Assembly (NCBI GenBank): GCA_002269645.1
Contig: NIVC01000525.1
Coordinates: 310,001-374,000, forward strand
Direction: 5' to 3'
Length of the DNA: 64,000 bases
DNA from: Macrostomum lignano
Taxonomy: Eukaryota
Shown in pieces: positions 59,892-64,000 of the stretch (its first letter is position 1; each line of letters opens with the position of its first letter). Position numbers and translations under genes: made by a program. The notes below the pieces were generated by a model. It was given only the letters and a program-made list of their open reading frames with translations, ran no database searches and was not told the DNA's origin.

Positions 59892-61164
59892 GGCCCGACT
59901 GGCACACAGATACAAAAGAAACAATTAATTTGCTATTAAAGGTGTGTCTCCATCTCCAACTTGGTTGATTAAGTGCATTCCCGCAACAACAGTGTCATTT
60001 GTTTTTGCAGTTGAAGCCTCTAAAAAGCCCAACCACATGCAGCAGCCAGCAAGTAAGAGACTTAGACTCAAGCTGCTGGAACTTAACTAAGCATACACAC
60101 TGTGCACTGCAGAAACCGAGAGCCAAGCAGGCAGAATGCAGACATCAGGATCTGCATTTGCATTGAATCAGTGCTGGTCGGGGTCCCAAATCCCGTAGAT
60201 TCCTCAATCAGCGGGATCCCAGACCGAACGAGTCCCAAGATTGCATGGGATAACAAAAAGACGCAAAAATACAAGCAGTCAAGCTGTAAAAGTACGCATC
60301 GGCCTAATTGATTTTCTTCTGACGAGCAATTCAAAGAACTTCCTCTATATCACTGTCTTGGACCGATAAACAGAACAATGGGAATAGGAACTATACGCTC
60401 GAAGAGTGTAGAAAAATGCCTGTAACACTGCACATGCTGTGCAAAAGCGAATCATGCTATCACATAAAGAGCACGTGAGGCATTCAAAACATGCTGGAAG
60501 CCTGAAACCTATGCAGAGAGAGGTTACCGCATGTACTGTGTACGGGGATGATGGTAGAATTCAAAATTCATACCATAAAGAGTATAACAAACGCTTTGCA
60601 TCTAAATTTTATTCAGCATCATTTCAGTTAGTGCTACCATCTACCATTCAGTCCTTGGTAGATGCACTTTGTCAGAATACGTTAAAGATGTACGCTTGAT
60701 TTTTAATTAGGAATTGATTTGAAAGGATTGCAAAACTTTTGAATTCAAGCAAGTCTCTCCTGCTTCCGCAAGAGTCGTCCTATCCTTTTCTTTGTAGTAC
60801 ATGCGATCGAAGTGAATACAGTTAATTTTGCTAAACCACTAAATTTTCCAACATGGAAGATATACAATGCTAGTTCAATTGAATTTTTGGCAGGTTTTTT
60901 TTCGCCAAGCAGCCCTAAAATAGGGAATACAGAATCCTGAGTTTTGCCAATCCCGGGATTCTCGGGATCGGGTTATCCCGGACTTTGCTAATCCCGCGGG
61001 ATCCCGACGAATTGGGCCGGCATCCCGGGATTGATAAGGTTTCTATTTTTTGTTGGTGCAATTTGGTTTACGAAGCCATCTAATATGATTTTAAAGGGCT
61101 TTCAATGATAAAAGAACAACAGAATAAAAGATTTTGCAAGCAAGAAACAGACAGTGAGCTCTGA

Positions 61165-61695
61165 TCATCTAGAAGCACCCCAGATCATCTAGTGCCATCC
61201 CAGATCATCTAGTGCCACCCCAGATCATCTAGTGCCACCCCAGATCATCTAGTGTCACCCCAGATCATCTAGTGTCACCCCAGATCATCTAGTGCCACCC
61301 CAGATCATCTAGTGTCACCCCAGATCATCTAGTGTCACCCCAGATCATCTAGTGCCATCCCAGATCATCTAGTGTCACCCCAGATCATCTAGTGCCATCC
61401 CAGATCATCTAGTAGCACCCCAGATCATCTAGTAGCACCCCAGATCATCTAGTGCCACCCCAGATCATCTAGTGCCACCCCATATCATCTAGTGCCACCC
61501 CATATCATCTAGTGCCACCCCATATCATCTAGTGCCACCCCATATCATCTAGTGCCTCCCCAGATCATCTAGTGCCACCCCAGATCATCTAGTGCCACCC
61601 CAGATCATCTAGTGCCACCCCAGATCATCTAGTGCCACCCCAAATCATCTAGTGCCACCCCAAATCATCTAGTGTCACCTCGGATCATCTAGTGC
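61165..61695. repeat. 20-bp minisatellite (cccagatcatctagtgccac)
   Basis: Tandem array visible. Confidence 0.97.
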
Positions 61696-62349
61696 TTTCT
61701 TACCGAAGCAAGTTCGCAATTCATACTCATCTAGCCATCTAATATCTTATCATAGCCTTTATTTTGCACCATGCGGGACACAAGGCCTCATCAAGCTAAA
61801 CTCAGATACGAGTAAGGACAGGTTTGCTTGAGTGATGCAGGCACTGCAGTGGCCCTGCTGTGAAGTGCGCACACTCAGACAGGCACTGAGACACTGAGAA
61901 TGCCCCCACGGTGAACTGCACAATCTGCCCAAAGTGGCTATAGTATGGCTGCCTATTTTACAATCTCTTATCATCCATCAATTTCAGCAATAAAATATAG
62001 CCTATTTACGCATACCTGTACAGAGCGCTGAGAGCGTGACCCAGTAGGGTCATAAAAAATAAATTCTGGCTAGAGTTTGTGGTATATAGGTTAGTAAAGC
62101 TCAGGGAGTCCATATATTTGTGGATTTCCAATAATACTTAGGAATTTCAATCTTGTTTTCTATTCATTATCACAGCCCTAATTTGCCAACCTATAAAACT
62201 TTAAAAACATTGCGTTCTCTGAAAGAATTACCAACGGAAAGCTAAATCTGACGATTTTCACACACGACTGCTTCATCACACAATTGAAGCTAAGGTGAGA
62301 TTGTATTCAGTTCAATAGGATCGTTTGCTTATTACAATTACCGGCTTTA

Positions 62350-63375
62350 TACCCGCTCCTGATCATTCAGTGGGGCTCTGATACCCGCTCCAGATCATTC
62401 AGTGGGTCTCTGATACCCGCTCCAGATCATTCAGTGGGGCTCTGCTACCCACTCCAGATCATTCAGTGAGGCTCTGCTACCCGCTCCAGGTCATTCAGTG
62501 CATGGGACTCTGCTCAAGGACCCCTGTATATAACTATATACTAGCAATATACAGTGGTCCTTGGCTCTGCTACCCCTTCCTGATCATTCAGTGGGGGTCT
62601 GCTACCCGCTCCAGATCATTCAGTGGGGCTCTGCTACCCGCTCCAGATCATTCAGTGGGGCTCTGCTACCCGCTCCAGATCATTCAGTGAGGCTCTGCTA
62701 CCCGCTCCAGATCATTCAGTGAGGCTCTGCTACCCACTCCAAATCATTCAGTGGGGCTCTGCTACCCACTCCAAATCATTCAGTGAGGCTCTGCTACCCA
62801 CTCCAAATCATTCAGTGGGGCTCTGCTACCCACTCCAGATCATTCAGTGAGGCTCTGCTACCCGCTCCAGATCATTCAGTGGGGCTCTGCTACCCGCTCC
62901 AGATCATTCAGTGGGGCTCTGCTACCCGCTCCAGATCATTCAGTGGGGCTCTGCTACCCGCTCCAGATCATTCAGTGGGGCTCTGCTACCCGCTCCAGAT
63001 CATTCAGTGCATGGGACTCTGCTCAAGGACTCCTGTATATAACTATATACTAGCAATATACAGTGGTCCTTGGCTCTGCTACCCCTTCCTGATCATTCAG
63101 TGGGGCTCTGCTACCCGCTCCAGATCATTCAGTGGGGCTCTGCTACCCACTCCAGATCATTCAGTGGGGCTCTGCTACCCACTCCAAATCATTCAGTGGG
63201 GCTCTGCTACCCACTCCAAATCATTCAGTGGGGCTCTGCTACCCACTCCAAATCATTCAGTGGGGCTCTGCTACCCACTCCAGATCATTCAGTGGGGCTC
63301 TGCTACCCGCTCCAGATCATTCAGTGGGGCTCTGCTACCCGCTCCAGATCATTCAGTGGGGTTCTGCTACCCCTC
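62350..63375. repeat. About 31-bp minisatellite (gctctgctacccgctccagatcattcagtggg) with a duplicated internal spacer
   Basis: Tandem array; a unique spacer of about 70 bp (gcatgggactctgctcaaggac...cagtggtcctt) occurs twice, at about 62500 and 63010. Confidence 0.95.
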
Positions 63376-64000
63376 TCTTATCTCAAACTCAAATGAAATG
63401 AAAAGGAAAATCTCATAGATTTTTTGGGATATCCAAATTTCCAAGAGGTTGAATAGCTGAATTTAATGGATTTAATGGCTAATATGATTAGCGAACAGAT
63501 GCTAATGGATTTCATGCACTAAACTTAATCTTGTGATATTTCGAATTGTGTACGAGTTTAATTTAGCTCAAAGTCCTTAGTTTCCAGATGAATACATATA
63601 CTTACTTTACTCTGTTCTGTTCCATAGTAGAGTTTCTAAAATTCTTTCAAGCTGCTTTATAATCGATTGGATAGAGGCGCGAACCTATAGGGCGTCAGCG
63701 AGGCGTAAAAATTGCCTATACTGTCGCGGCTGATAGAGGCAGACAATTTCACGCCAGGGAACAAACATCGATATTGACATTCACATGTAACCCTAAGAAA
63801 GCAGAAAACGCGAAAAGTTTCGAATTTAAAGAATCCACTTGAATATTTCTTCTTTCTTAGCTTGGCTTGACTTGATAAATCATTTTGGTCCACTACTATA
63901 CTCTCCTACTATATGTAAGCATGCTAATCCTTAATCCACTCAGGATGGAAGCCGAATTCTCGGGCCTCATCTTTGTGCCTGTCTAGGCGAATTAGTTTGC

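Noticed and set aside
60240-60900. hAT transposase remnant between atcccggg-rich segments
   Set aside because: Manual translation showed no transposase motif.

Overview
Eukaryotic (metazoan) genomic DNA, not prokaryotic. It has GC-rich exons full of Ala/Gly/Gln runs, GT-AG introns packed with 14-43 bp minisatellites, and AT-rich intergenic DNA with SINEs and MITEs. This style resembles the flatworm Macrostomum (inference from composition only). Six genes could be reconstructed by hand with in-phase splice sites: (1) a degenerate ebony-like NRPS gene (+, about 88-4514, two frameshifts, catalytic motifs eroded); (2) a CDKL/KKIALRE kinase (-, 8941-17093, 10 exons, X-box-like promoter motif); (3) an SLC25A16-like mitochondrial CoA carrier (+, 21149-24645); (4) an intronless P2X-family channel (-, 30960-32849) that keeps the fold but has lost three canonical ATP-binding residues; (5) RPL26 (-); and (6) nanos (-). 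There is also a Crypton/DUF3504-like fragment, a LINE RT fragment, several tRNA-derived SINEs and several hAT/P-like MITEs, including a 34-bp TIR-only element. Most long ORFs in the ORF track are tandem-repeat artefacts. The best candidates for new biology are the putatively ATP-insensitive P2X channel and the putatively catalytically dead ebony-like protein. All family assignments come from remembered motifs; no database search was run.
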